NCBI RefSeq assembly: GCF_000181795.1
Contig: NW_003526944.1
Span: forward strand, 5,300,913-5,364,912
From: Trichinella spiralis
Taxonomy: Eukaryota
Direction: 5' to 3'
Length of the DNA stretch: 64,000 bases
The notes below the pieces were generated by a model. It was given only the letters and a program-made list of their open reading frames with translations, was not told the origin of the DNA and searched no databases. The translations under genes were made by a program, and so were the position numbers. Positions 14,130 through 28,804 of this stretch are shown in pieces. Positions within the stretch are counted from its first letter, which is position 1. Every line of letters starts with the position of its first letter.

Positions 14130-16787
14130 TTAAGGCAGCAATTTAGCAATGATGAATGTGGCAAGCGCAATCCAATGACTGATGAATGCCATCTCACGCC
14201 ACATACTAATCGTATGCAGCGCGTTGTAGCCCTAGAGAATGAAAAAGGTTACTGCAAAAAAAAACTGTTTATCTATTATCTATGCTTATCTAGCATACCT
14301 GCTCTTCTGCTGAACCCGAATCATATACCATTCCAAGATACGTGAGATGGAACAGACCCAACAATGTAAATATCAAATTCACCAACAAAGTCAACGGATG
14401 AAACTATAGTCAGCATATTATTGACTTGATTTAATTGATTAATTAATTTATTTATTTTTAAAATTTTCTTTTATTTTGCGTAATTTTTTAAAACTAAATT
14501 TAAATAAATAAAATTATGCCAAACTTACCCATTTTCTTTTATGGGTACAATTGCAATAGCATGATCGAGCTCGAATGCATGCTTGAAAAAGGCGTGCAAG
14601 TTTTTCCCTCAAAACTGCAATCAATAAGAATAATTAATTGATTAAAAATATTCTACCCTTACTATACTCTGAATAGCTGTAAAAGCCGAGTGATAAAAGA
14701 ACGGCTGAAAGTTGAAAATTGTACCCCTGTAAAAAATTGAAAAAAAAATACAGATAAAGCATAACATAATTTAATATATTTACATGCAGTAAAGCGCTTA
14801 TGCAAAATGTGCCAAAAACGGCAACAAAATGACCATGCAATTTAATCCTCTGGAATACATCTGAAAAAAATTTTTGTTTTTGGAAAACCTATCGTCATGT
14901 ATTTTCTTCTTTTTAAATATCTAAAAAATATTTTGAAAAATAACTGTAGAACATCAAATTCACTGCTGCAAATGAAAGAAGAAATGAAAATTTGTTTTTA
15001 TAAGAGAAAGATAAGTTTTCAGAAAATAAATAAAATAATAAAATATTACGTGTTTTCAAAAAGCTGTGAAATGGTCGATTCCAGGAAACGACGAGATTGA
15101 CCAATGAACGTGGCCATTCACACTGCAACGGTTCTACCACTAAATGTAGTGGACTGAAATGACAATAATTAACATGAATTGATTAATCAACAAAATTATT
15201 AAAAATATAAAAGTCATATTCACTTCGTCTCGTGATGCCATTCAAAGCCCGCTAGCAGTGCACAAGTTTGGGATACGAAACAAATAAAATAATGACTAGT
15301 GCGAAATGACTGCGCATCTCGAAACGCTATTATCCATCTGAAGTGAAGAAAAAACCAACCATCAATTGATGGGATCGAGTTTGCCGTTTTTACCGTTCTG
15401 CCAGACCTGTTGATCGTTCTCAGACGATTGGGAAAAAGCCACCAACTTAAGCAGGATGAATAGATCAAAAATAGAAACCCATATCCGCCACTGACCACAG
15501 CCCATCGGATACTGTTGAGCAAACACTGAAAATGAAATTTTTACAAATCCATTGGAATTATGGGATAAAGAGACAAATTATTAGCAATTGAAAAGAGAAA
15601 AAAGTGAAACGCAACACGACAATTTTTCTTCTTCATCATTTCACAATGCCTCTCAAAGCTAAGCCACGGCCCGCAGACGACCGTACCCACATCAGTCATG
15701 TAGCTGAAAAATGCTAACGGCTCGTGGCAAGCTGCTGTCCACTTTGATACACCAAAAGCAAACGACAAACTAATTTGCTTCATAGCGATAATCATCAAAG
15801 TGCCGGATAGCTTGTTAAACTCTTCGGCCGTCAGCAAAATAAATTGACTAAACCAAACAACCATTTATTTACAACCAATTTAGATGGGCTAAAAGAAGAA
15901 ATGGTGAATTGTTCCTTTACCAAAATAAAATATAAACCATTGCATAACTGGACGTCAGCAGTGCTAAATATTGTGGACATAGCCAAATGCAAACGCGCAT
16001 CCAGAAATAGCCAATTAGAACGCTGCTGACAGAATATATTACTAAATTGGAATGCCACAGGAAAACCGCAATCACACCCAACAAAGAACTGCTTAACAGA
16101 ATCACTTCATCAGGTAGAAAACCTAAATTTTTAAATAATTCACTTTACAAATACATATGTATGTATGTATTTGTAAAGTAATTGTTGGTTTTGTTTTCTT
16201 TCTTTCTTTGCTTTTATATTGTTTTTGTACATGTTGTTACGTTATCAAAGTTCATAACATGTGAATAAGTAAAAATACATCCGATAATCCTGTAGTAAGT
16301 AAATTGTTGAAATTGTTATAAACCGTTGAAACTTAGAACCACATGCTATCGTTTTCGTTTAGCAAATAATAATTATTACCAACTCGCATGTATTGAATGA
16401 ACAACGGAAAAATGATATGAAAAATAAATGTTACTGTTGTTTTGAGTAGAATGTTGAAAAGAACAAAAAGACAAAGAGAGGACAGAGAAAATCAGATTTT
16501 TAAAAAAATTCAGCTAGTATTTTTTAAAAAAAAATATCGACCTGGAATCGATGAAATAAATGCTCACCTAGACAGCAAATTCCGTTTCTTAACAAGCACA
16601 ACATGTAAAGTTGGATAATTTTTCTTCCCGTATCGCCGAATAATATCTCTGCTATGCAAAAGTAATAAATGTCGAAAACTGTAGAATCTACAGTGTTGGC
16701 TTCGAAAGAAGCGGATACGTAGTCGTATTGGTCGTACAAAAACCATGACACGTCCTCATCGTACATGACAACATCCTCATTCGGCAT
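14130..16787 (-). CDS. PORCN: Porcupine Wnt O-palmitoleoyltransferase (MBOAT family; nematode mom-1), multi-exon
   Basis: Motifs GTVVCGPWLSF, FRDAQSFRTSHYFI, EWPRSLVNLVVSWN and SALLH|GYNFQLSAVLLSLGF (catalytic His). Last exon GYNALHTISMWREMAFISHW...LLP*. Start Met at 16787 is inferred. Confidence 0.9.
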
Positions 16788-17016
16788 AGCATGAAAAATA
16801 TAAAAACACAATAACATCAAAACGAATAGAGATGAAAAGGTGAATTTTTAACTGTATGCCAACAAATTTTAGCATTCACTGATCAATTTGACAGTAAAAA
16901 TTGTAAAATAAAAGCAAAACAAAGCAAATATATACATATACTATATGTATATGATTTAATTAATTGAGCAATCGAAAAACTAGAGAACAAATTCAACGTT
17001 GATCATTGATGATCAA

Positions 17017-19977
17017 TCAACGTTTCAGAGGGAAATGATGATGTTGTTTTCGACGGCGTTTTTCTTCAATTAGCCGTTCCATGCCAGCAGTTCGCTTAAA
17101 AGCTGGATCAGTTTGGTCAATGTTGAACAAATGTGACGTGTAAATTGCTTGAAATCGAGGATCGTCCAAATTCAGCTGAAACTGATCGTCCAAATTGGCC
17201 ATATCACGCCTCTTCTCATTAATTCCCTCTTTCAACAGCAATGTATGCAAATGATAATGTTGTGCTTTGTCGTCGGCTGCGGCCAGCAATTCCAATTCTC
17301 CAATTTCGTTCTTCACCTTCATCTGCTCTTCTTCTCCATCGGCATCACCAACATGTCCACAAATATCCGTCTGCTGGTCATCGACGAGTCCAAGCCGAAG
17401 TTTGCGCTTCTCTTCGGCTTTAAGTTTGTTTTCCAGCTTACGTTGACGTCTTTTTGCACGCCTCTTTTCCAAATAACGTTGCCATGGGGTAGCGTCCTTC
17501 ACTTGAGCATCACGTCGACGTTGCTTTTCCACTTCTTGCGCTTTTCTTTCCAATTCTGGATCGAAAGTTATTTCCATGTCAATATCATCACTGTTTGAAT
17601 TATCGCTCTCTTCGGCATCGGCTAATTGTTCACCACCACCACTGGTCGACTTGTTCAATAGCTGATGATACTGTTCAATCGGATTATTCGCCTTTTTCGT
17701 TGCCTTCAAATCGCTTTCTTCGTTCCAATCATATTTATCCTCATCTTCTTTTTCCAACAATTCACCAACGTCCACTTCTTCATCACTTTCACTACTGGCC
17801 AATAAATCATGCAAATCTATATCGTCGAAATTTTTCACAGCATCAAATGCTTGTCGAATTTTCTGCGTTCGATGATAGTCGGTTTCGTCCCAAGTCAAAT
17901 CGACTTTCGTCTGGCACAAAGCGGTAGTTCTGAAATAATTCGGACGATAACCGACGACAGCATTCACATCCGAAGCGCTATCTTTAATTTTCGACTCATC
18001 AAACGTCATTTCATCCGGTACAAATCTGAAAAACAAAAATCTCTCGTTTTCCCATATTGAATATTTGAAAAAGACACCAATTGTTCCATTTATATCATAT
18101 AGAGACACGTAACGCAATTTCGAAACATCAAATCAAATATCACTATCTCAACGACGATTTCCAATGAACAAGTTCCCTTTCTAACCTCTAGCGATTAATA
18201 AATATTTCCATTGCTACTTAAACAAACATCACCAAACGCAACAGGCCTCATTTCACGCCCTTTACAGTATACCATGCGAGTTGCCTTTGCGCAAGCAATT
18301 CGTGGAACAATTCAATCTTTTTCACACTCAGAAAAATAGATATACAAAAAAAACAAGAAAAACCGGTGTTACTTGACCATCATTAAATCTGGCGCTATCG
18401 TAAAATATTTCAATTTCAGAATGTTGCAAAGTTTTATTACAGTGGCCCATTTTGAGAATGGAAATTTTCGTCATTGAAATGGGGCTAGTTTGGCAAATTA
18501 TTTCCAAAAATAAATTTTCACATGGTTTTAGATTACAAGGGAAATCATTTCAGTTCGTATCATTTTGAATGTGTTTTCCTTTTTTTTTCTATCTTAGTTT
18601 TTTATCAACTTGCGCTTTTATATGTTATTTTATTATTCGTTGCTTGGAAGAGAAGATTTTTTCACCAATGGTATGAAAACCAATTTATAGAAAGAATTCC
18701 TTTTTTTTCCCCTCTGTTTGATGATCATATCAATAAAACATGTGCAATTTATCATTAGTTGTAAATTTTAGCATGAGAAAAAAGGGAAATTCTCATTTTG
18801 TTGACGTTGTTGTAGGCTGTATCAAGTTGTTTGTAAAAGAGATTCCATTGGTAAATCAAATAAAATTGCAACACAACAAATTCAATGTTTGCACAACATG
18901 TTGAGAAAATATTTTTTTTACATGGAATGAAAATTTCAATTATTTACCTGAAATCCATTTTCAAAGTGCTATTCAAATATTCTGTACCGTCACAAGCTTC
19001 ATAGATCGTGTTTGCCGTGGCTGCACTGTCGCACTCGACAACGGCATAAAAATAACGTAAACGATTCAACTGATACTGACGCACTCTTCTCATGTATCGT
19101 TGCCATTCGGTTGTATTTTTTTTCAATTCGAAATTCAAATTTTCGTCATCCTGTCGTTCAATTTCGACAATTTCCTTGGGGCCAGAAATCCGTTCTTCTT
19201 CCATGCGACGAAGTCCAAATTCGGACGGAAAAATTTTCACAGACAACACTGATCCATCGATTGGTTTGAACGAATTCAACAAAACAAATAAATCCTCAGC
19301 CTGAAAAATAAATAATTCAATTCCAACAAAAATGATGATTCCACTTTGAGCATTATTCGTAATATTTAAATAAATGAGAGATGTGAATGAAATTTTCATA
19401 CACGAATTCGGTCCCAATCTAAATTGCAAATCGCCAATCGTTTTGTTGGCTTTTCAGTACGTGGTGCATCAGCGTCCAATTCACCCCAGTCGGAATCGCT
19501 CGATTCCATCTCACCAAAATTCCATTCTTCTGTTTCATCACTACTATCCGACGACGATATATTACCATGACCACGAGCCAAATCCAAATGAATCATTTCC
19601 TCCTCTTCCTCATCATCACCTTCTTCTTGCTGTTCTTGTTGCTCGTCTTCACTTTTCAATTCAGCCGTATCTTTTTCAACAATTTCACTTCTCGTAATCA
19701 ATTCATGCCCATCTTCGACCACTGGTGTCGTCTGATCATCTGCAGACTGATCGTCGTCGGAATGGATATCATAAAATTTTCGCATATTCTCTTCAGTACT
19801 ACGATGATATGGACGTCCACGTTTGTCGACAGTGTATTCCAATTTGAAATTCGGATCGGTGAACATTGACGAAAATCGATCGTCAATTTTCACTTTTCGA
19901 ATTTTTCTGGGCATCTGTCGAAATTTTGGATCCCAAGAAACATGGGCGAAACGTTTGTCCTTTTTAAATTCGCTCAT
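17017..19977 (-). CDS. ESF1: ESF1 pre-rRNA processing protein, copy 1. Exons 19977-19402, 19300-18948, 18025-17017
   Basis: DKRFAHVSWDPKFR, KVKIDDRFSSMF, TVDKRGRP, RLAICNLDWDRIR|AEDLFVLLNSFKP, YQLNRLRYFYAVVECDS, and C-terminal NUC153-like LDDPRFQAIYTSHLFNIDQTDPAFK. Confidence 0.95.
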
Positions 19978-21111
19978 TTTTCTGTCTTTGATTTCCTAAA
20001 GACAACCATAATTAACAGAAAATAGAAACTCACTACATAAATAGTAATACAACTTCATTTTCAAATAAAAATTAGCTTCTATTCGTTTTAATGATCCGAA
20101 TTCTAAGAAACATCACGGATATTATTGGGTGAATTTTCTAAACTGAATCTTAATTTTAAAAATTTATCTGCTTTTTTTAATTTCATATTTTACAAATATT
20201 CATTTTTTCACCAATGTATGAACTTTTTCTTTTATTTTCTTAAATACGCATAATGCCATACTGAATCACTTCATTTATCTTTGATCTCGTTACACGTGTT
20301 TGTTCACGGTAATTTTAACACCAATTGATAAAAGTAAAAATAATAAAATGAACAAACGTATTTATCATATAATATATATGGAGAATCAATTGCTCTTTCA
20401 AATGAAATATGACACTGCTAAAACTAAACAGAAGACTACTTTCAACATCGAACAACTAACAAATTACATCGTACCAATGCATTATTTACCTGCAAACAAT
20501 ATTATGATTAATTTAACAACTCAGATTGTGATTGTGATAAAAAGTGCATGATGAAAAAAAATAACTATAAATAAGCCTAAATATTAAACAAAACATTATT
20601 TCATTTGCGCTTGTGGTAATACGAGTTTTTATCAGAATGACAAAACTGTCGAGCAAAACTACAGACCAAATTATATACCGTATACTTTGAAAATTAAAGT
20701 TTAAGATTCCAAGCGGATTACTGTAAGTTGATGTTCTTGCATTTTTTTGATTTTTTTAATTTTATCGCAACAATCTGTAATGTGCTAATTTATTTTTTAT
20801 CGTAAGACGTAGGATTTTTAATGCGAACAAGACTTTATGAAAACTGAGATATCTCTTTTATACTGGCAAATGATTTTGTTGTTGGCTGCGTAATATTTGA
20901 CATTTAAAAGACAATGATTTAAATAAACAAAATTTAGCTTAAAAATATTTTTCAACATTGTAATGCAGTTATTTACTTAAAGCATACAACTGCTGATTGA
21001 CCTTTGATAAACTGGCAAAAAGTCCACGTTTATACTTAATTTATTATTAAGCGTGTGTATGCTGCGTACCGTAGGAAATATATTTTTTTATGNNNNNNNN
21101 NNCATTGATGA

Positions 21112-24077
21112 TCAATCAACGGTTTGCAGAGGGAAATGATGATGTTGTTTTCGACGGCGTTTTTCTTCAATTAGCCGTTCCATGCCAGCAGTTCGCTTAA
21201 AAGCTGGATCAGTTTGGTCAATGTTGAACAAATGTGACGTGTAAATTGCTTGAAATCGAGGATCGTCCAAATTCAGCTGAAACTGATCGTCCAAATTGGC
21301 CATATCACGCCTCTTCTCATTAATTCCCTCTTTCAACAGCAATGTATGCAAATGATAATGTTGTGCTTTGTCGTCGGCTGCGGCCAGCAATTCCAATTCT
21401 CCAATTTCGTTCTTCACCTTCATCTGCTCTTCTTCTCCATCGGCATCACCAACATGTCCACAAATATCCGTCTGCTGGTCATCGACGAGTCCAAGCCGAA
21501 GTTTGCGCTTCTCTTCGGCTTTAAGTTTGTTTTCCAGCTTACGTTGACGTCTTTTTGCACGCCTCTTTTCCAAATAACGTTGCCATGGGGTAGCGTCCTT
21601 CACTTGAGCATCACGTCGACGTTGCTTTTCCACTTCTTGCGCTTTTCTTTCCAATTCTGGATCGAAAGTTATTTCCATGTCAATATCATCACTGTTTGAA
21701 TTATCGCTCTCTTCGGCATCGGCTAATTGTTCACCACCACCACTGGTCGACTTGTTCAATAGCTGATGATACTGTTCAATCGGATTATTCGCCTTTTTCG
21801 TTGCCTTCAAATCGCTTTCTTCGTTCCAATCATATTTATCCTCATCTTCTTTTTCCAACAATTCACCAACTTCTTCTTCTTCATCACTTTCACTACTGGC
21901 CAATAAATCATGCAAATCTATATCGTCGAAATTTTTCACAGCATCAAATGCTTGTCGAATTTTCTGCGTTCGATGATAGTCGGTTTCATCCCAAGTCAAA
22001 TCGACTTTCGTCTGGCACAAAGCGGTAGTTCTGAAATAATTCGGACGATAACCGACGACAGCATTCACATCCGAAGCGCTATCTTTAATTTTCGACTCAT
22101 CAAACGTCATTTCATCCGGTACAAATCTGAAAAACAAAAATCTCTCGTTTTCCCATATTGAATATTTGAAAAAGACACCAATTGTTCCATTTATATCATA
22201 TAGAGACACGTAACGCAATTTCGAAACATCAAATCAAATATCACTATCTCAACGACGATTTCCAATGAACAAGTTCCCTTTCTAACCTCTAGCGATTAAT
22301 AAATATTTCCATTGCTACTTAAACAAACATCACCAAACGCAACAGGCCTCATTTCACGCCCTTTACAGTATACCATGCGAGTTGCCTTTGCGCAAGCAAT
22401 TCGTGGAACAATTCAATCTTTTTCACACTCAGAAAAATAGATATACAAAAAAAACAAGAAAAACCGGTGTTACTTGACCATCATTAAATCTGGCGCTATC
22501 GTAAAAGATTTCAATTTCAGAATGTTGCAAAGTTTTATTACAGTGGCCCATTTTGAGAATGGAAATTTTCGTCATTGAAATGGGGCTAGTTTGGCAAATT
22601 ATTTCCAAAAATAAATTTTCACATGGTTTTAGATTACAAGGGAAATCATTTCAGTTCGTATCATTTTGAATGTGTTTTCCTTTTTTTTTCTATCTTAGTT
22701 TTTTCTCAGCTTGCGCTTTTATATGTTATTTTATTATTCGTTGCTTGGAAGAGAAGATTTTTTCACCAATGGTATGAAAACCAATTTATAGAAAGAATTC
22801 CTTTTTTTCCCCTCTGTTTGATGATCATATCAATAAAACATGTGCAATTTATCATTAGTTGTAAATTTTAGCATGAGAAAAAAGGGAAATTCTCATTTTG
22901 TTGACGTTGTTGTAGGCTGTATCAAGTTGTTTGTAAAAGAGATTCCATTGGTAAATCAAATAAAATTGCAACACAACAAATTCAATGTTTGCACAACATG
23001 TTGAGAAAATATTTTTTTTACATGGAATGAAAATTTCAATTATTTACCTGAAATCCATTTTCAAAGTGCTATTCAAATATTCTGTACCGTCACAAGCTTC
23101 ATAGATCGTGTTTGCCGTGGCTGCACTGTCGCACTCGACAACGGCATAAAAATAACGTAAACGATTCAACTGATACTGACGCACTCTTCTCATGTATCGT
23201 TGCCATTCGGTTGTATTTTTTTTCAATTCGAAATTCAAATTTTCGTCATCCTGTCGTTCAATTTCGACAATTTCCTTGGGGCCAGAAATCCGTTCTTCTT
23301 CCATGCGACGAAGTCCAAATTCGGACGGAAAAATTTTCACAGACAACACTGATCCATCGATTGGTTTGAACGAATTCAACAAAACAAATAAATCCTCAGC
23401 CTGAAAAATAAATAATTCAATTCCAACAAAAATGATGATTCCACCTTCAGCATTATTCGTAATATTTAAATAAATGAGAGATGTGAATGAAATTTTCATA
23501 CACGAATTCGGTCCCAATCTAAATTGCAAATCGCCAATCGTTTTGTTGGCTTTTCAGTACGTGGCGCATCAGCGTCCAATTCACCCCAGTCGGAATCGCT
23601 CGATTCCATCTCACCAAAATTCCATTCTTCTGTTTCATCACTACTATCCGACGACGATATATTACCATGACCACGAGCCAAATCCAAATGAATCATTTCC
23701 TCCTCTTCCTCATCATCACCTTCTTCTTGCTGTTCTTGTTGCTCGTCTTCACTTTTCAATTCAGCCGTATCTTTTTCAACAATTTCACTTCTCGTAATCA
23801 ATTCATGCCCATCTTCGACCACTGGTGTCGTCTGATCATCTGCAGACTGATCGTCGTCGGAATGGATATCATAAAATTTTCGCATATTCTCTTCAGTACT
23901 ACGATGATATGGACGTCCACGTTTGTCGACAGTGTATTCCAATTTGAAATTCGGATCGGTGAACATTGACGAAAATCGATCGTCAATTTTCACTTTTCGA
24001 ATTTTTCTGGGCATCTGTCGAAATTTTGGATCCCAAGAAACATGGGCGAAACGTTTGTCCTTTTTAAATTCGCTCAT
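21112..24077 (-). CDS. ESF1: ESF1 copy 2 (near-identical; probably an unmerged haplotype or contig overlap)
   Basis: Same exons shifted by ~4100 bp. The last codons differ through indels right beside the N gap. Confidence 0.8.
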
Positions 24078-25400
24078 TTTTCTTTGTCTTTGATTTCCTA
24101 AAGACAACCATAATTAACAGAAAATAGAAACTCACTACATAAATAGTAATACAACTTCATTTTCAAATAAAAATTAGCTTCTATTCGCTTTAATGATCCG
24201 AATTCTAAGAAACATCACGGATATTATTGGGTGAATTTTATAAACTGAATCTTAATTTTAAAAATTTATCTGCTTTTTTTAATTTCATATTTTACAAATA
24301 TTCATTTTTTCACCAATATATGAACTTTTTCTTTTATTTTCTTAAATACGCATAATGCCATACTGAATCACTTCATTTATCTTTGATCTCGTTTCACGTG
24401 TTTGTTCACGTGTAATTTTAACACCAATTGATAAAAGTAAAAATAATAAAATGAACAAACGTATTTATCATATAATATATATGGAGAATCAATTGCTCTT
24501 TCAAATGAAATATGACACTGCTAAAACTAAACAGAAGACTAATTTCAACATCGAACGACTAACAAATTACATCGAACATCTATTTACCTGCAAACAATAT
24601 TATGATTAATTTAACAACTCAGATTGTGATTGTGATAAAAAGTGCATGATGAAAAAAAAATAACTATAAATAAGCCTAAATATTAAACAAAACATTATTT
24701 CATTTGCGCTTGTGGTAATACGAGTTTTTATCAGAATGACAAAACTGTCGAGCAAAACTACAGACCAAATTATATACCGTATACTTTGAAAATTAAAGTT
24801 TAAGATTCCAAGCGGATTACTGTAAGTTGATGTTCTTGCATTTTTTTGATTTTTTTAATTTTATCGCAACAATCTGTAATGTGCTAATTTATTTTTTATC
24901 GTAAGACGTAGGATTTTTAATGCGAACAAGACTTTATGAAAACTGAGATATCTCTTTTATACTGGCAAATGATTTTGTTGTTGGCTGCGTAATATTTGAC
25001 ATTTAAAAGACAATGATTTAAATAAACAAAATTTAGCTTAAAAATATTTTTCAACATTGTAATGCAGTTATTTACTTAAGCATACAACTGCTGATTGACC
25101 TTTGATAAACTGGCAAAAAGTCCACGTTTATACTTAATTATTATTAAGCGTGTGTATGCTGCGTACCGTAGGAAATATTTTTTTATGTAATTTTAATCGT
25201 GGTAAGTTTTAATTATTATATCTTATGGATTTTGTATTGTGTATACTTTTCTCTAATTTATTTTAATTCGCTATCTGACATTATATCGTTTAGTCATTAT
25301 ATGACAGCCTTTCGTTTGCATATTTTTTTCAAGAATGATTATTTAAAATTTATCTGAGTAAATTATTGCAGCTGGTATTTTGAGTGTTTTTTCAATAAAA

Positions 25401-28192
25401 ATGCCTTTTCACAATGGTGAAGCTGACGAAATAACATGTGCGATGGAATCATTATCGCTTCCAGTGATAAAGCCACGCGGCTGTCTCAAGTTATACAACA
25501 GTTTGACGAGAAAAAAAGAAATATTTATACCCAGGCACGGAAATCAGGTAGCTTTTTTCTTTAAAATGTTTATAGTTTGTTAACATTCATAAAATTGTAC
25601 ATTTATGCAGGTAAACTGGTATATTTGTGGACCAACAGTATATGACGCCGCTCATATGGGCCATGCGAGGTTGTACCTTATTGTTTCAAGTTTAAAGTGT
25701 TAATATTAAAAACATGTTTAATTAAGATCTTACATTTCGTTTGACATATTACGACGTGTTCTTCAACATTACTTTGGCTACGATGTGTTATTCGTTATGA
25801 ATGTTACCGATATTGATGATAAAATCATAGTTAGAGCTCGTCAACGACATTTGTTTCAAAATTATCTGGACAGTGCACCGTCAGTTGAAAAGGTTTTTCA
25901 GTACAGTATTTTTATAGGCTGTACAGTATTTTTACTAAAAATACTTGCAGATGATGCGAGATGTGAAATCTGCGTTGGAAATGTATAAGAAGAAATTCGA
26001 AACCGAACCAAATGTTGACAAGAAAGCTATGCTACTGGGTCAAGTAAGATTTGTTTAATAGCATTCTCAGTGCAGACGAGTTCATATGTATATAAATAAA
26101 AATAAGTAAGTAAAAATACATGTGAAGATTTTCATTATTTTTTCTTGTTATTTTATAAGTTGTGTATTTTAAAAGACAAAACTCTGTTTATAAATGTGTG
26201 ATATGGAATTTGTATTTTTAACGTTCAATAATTTAGTTTTTCCGTAGATTTTTCGGTATATTATGAAAGAATTAAACGATGGAAATAAATGTTTAGTGAA
26301 ATAGTGCATTTATTTGTTGATTAATAGTACACTGAACAAAATTCGAAAATTTGTCGAATTTTTATAGATCCAAAAAGTTGAAACTGTGGTTCAGCAAGCG
26401 AAAAACGATTCGGATAAGGAAGAATATTGCAAAAATTTGGCAAATAATGCTTCAGAAGTTTTGTCTCAATGGTTGGATTCCAAGTTAGGCAACACTATAA
26501 CCGATCATTCAATTTTTGACTCTTTGGCGCGTCATTTTGAGCAAGATTTCGATCTTGACATGGCTGCTTTGAATGTGTTGCCACCGGATGTAGTAACTAG
26601 AGTAAGCGAGTATATTCCTGAAGTGGTTGCTTTCGTGGATGGCCTAGTGAAGCGTGGTTTTGCTTACGAAGTGCAAGGCTCTGTATATTTTGACACTGTT
26701 ACATTTGGACGAACCGATGGACACCGGTACGGTCGGCTTTTACCTGAAGCGGTGCAAGATACTAGTCTGCTTGTTGAAGGTGAAGGCGAGTTAAGTTTGG
26801 GCGACGAGAATCAGGCTAGGCAAAAACGGTTTTCCGGTGATTTTGCCCTTTGGAAAGCGTCGAAGCCTGGCGAGCCGGCATGGCCATCACCATGGGGTCC
26901 TGGACGACCAGGCTGGCATATTGAATGTTCGGCTATGGCTAGCGCAATTTGCGGTGAACAGTTGGACGTGCATGCTGGTGGATTTGACTTGAAATTTCCG
27001 CATCACGACAATGAGCTTGCTCAATCTGAAGCGTACCATGGACATGCACCTTGGGTTCGTTATTTTTTACACGCCGGCACGTTGCGCATTCAAGGGCTCA
27101 AAATGAGCAAGAGTTTGAAAAATTTTGTCACAATCAAACAAGCCTTACAACAGTATACAAGCAGGCAGATCAGGTTGCTGTTTTTGATGCACAATTGGGC
27201 GGAACCGTTGGATTATAGTCCACAGACGATGGAAAAGGCGTTGCACTTTGAGCGAATTTGTCAACAGTTCTCCCGTACTGTGGCTCACTACCTTCGACGA
27301 TATTTCAGTCGTGGCAAGGCTGGTTCTTATGCAAAATTAACCGCTGATGAATTGCGCCTACTCCAAGCATTACAAACGTGCAAACAAGCCGTCCATGACG
27401 CCTTGTGTGATTCAGTTGATACCAGGACTGCTTTGGAACATATACGAGAATTAATTGGGCATGTAAATGTCTATTTAGATTCTTCATCGGCTGTACCGAA
27501 TTGTCTGTTATTGCGTAATTCGGCTATTTATGTGAATCATATGTTGAAATTATTTGGCGCAGCTGGAAGTGATGCGGATGAAATTGGTAGTCGTACAATT
27601 GATTATTCATGTGGTTATTATTTTCGTTTGATATTTAATTTTGTTATTTTTCATGTTAGGCTTTGGAGACAAAGGGGATGTGAACAGTGATTGTGCTAAT
27701 GAATCGTTGTTGATGCCATGCTTGAACGCGTTGGCAGATTTTCGTGAAGTAGTACGAAGTGAGGCTAAAATTCACGGCGTGCAAGCGTTGTTGAAAGAAT
27801 GTGATCGTATTCGGGATGAAATTTTGCCAAACATGGGCGTTTTGTTGGAAGACCGTAAAGGGCATACTGTAGTGAAGCTGGTGGATCCGGAGACGTTGGC
27901 TCGTGAACGAGAGCAAAAGGTAAGATTGGAGAAAGAACGTCTTGCAGAAAAGGAGAAAAAAGAAGCCCAGTCAGCGGCTAAGAAAGCTGAAAAAGAACGT
28001 CTGCAACGTATGCCAGCGAGTGAATTGTTCCGTCGGCAAGTGGACAAATATTCTGAATTCGACGAACGTGGCATTCCAACTCACGGTGCTGATGGAGAAT
28101 TGTTGAGTAAGAAGGCAAGAAAAAAGCTTGAAAAAGCTTATGAGCAGCAGGAAAAATTGTACCAGGATTACATTTCAAAAAATGCTTGTTAA
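25401..28192 (+). CDS. CARS1: Cytoplasmic cysteinyl-tRNA synthetase, multi-exon
   Basis: [32 protein letters not shown] (HIGH-type motif), [46 protein letters not shown], and the eukaryotic C-terminal extension. Confidence 0.97.
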
Positions 28193-28383
28193 TCAGCAAT
28201 CAGAAGATTAATTTTCACGTCCACTTTTCTCCCTTTTTATGTTGTTTGTTCCCTGCAATAAAGCTTTCCTATTGTCGTTAATATCTGCTCTTTTTGTTTG
28301 TTCACTGCTTTTCTTGTTCATTTGATATCTTTTTCCAATTTATTTTTTTTTCAAAAAATTTCATTATTTTTTTGCTTCTTGAG

Positions 28384-28804
28384 ATGACAAAAAAACAGAA
28401 GACTCGTAAACGAAAGTTTAAAGATATGGATCAAATTCATGACGAGTTTGAAAAGAATAAGAAAGAAGTTAAACGGATCACTCCAGATCCCGATTTGCCA
28501 GGTGAAGGTCAATATCCGTGCATCGGTTGTGAGTAAGTGTTGCTTATTATAATTTTATTATTTTTTTAATTTCAATAATTTTTTCTTATTCAAGCCGACA
28601 TTTTATTTCTGAATCTGTACTGCTGGAACATTGTCGGTCCAAAGCGCACAAGCGAAGGTACATTATTTGTACTGTAATAATCGAAATTTTGCAACATGCA
28701 ATTACTTTAGAATGAAAGAATTGAAATCTACCACAAAATATACACAAAAAGAGGCAGAAGCTGCTGGTGGACTTGGCACTTATACCGCGTTGAACAAGAA
28801 ATGA
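28384..28804 (+). CDS. ZNF593: ZNF593/Bud20 C2H2 zinc-finger 60S biogenesis factor. Exons 28384-28532, 28595-28657, 28711-28804
   Basis: Spliced translation: KRKFKDMDQIHDE..DPDLPGEGQYPCIGCDRHFISESVLLEHCRSKAHKRRMKELK..YTQKEAEAAGGLG. Confidence 0.9.

Larger units (their letters stand above)
17004..25187. repeat. ~4.1 kb near-identical direct repeat (17004-21092 vs 21103-25187) centred on the assembly gap 21093-21102
   Basis: Direct comparison: introns and intergenic DNA are nearly identical, with few SNPs or indels, and both copies end exactly at the gap. Confidence 0.95.

Noticed and set aside
17149..23969. Plus-strand ORFs overlapping ESF1
   Set aside because: Antisense shadows of charged-residue-rich ESF1 exons.
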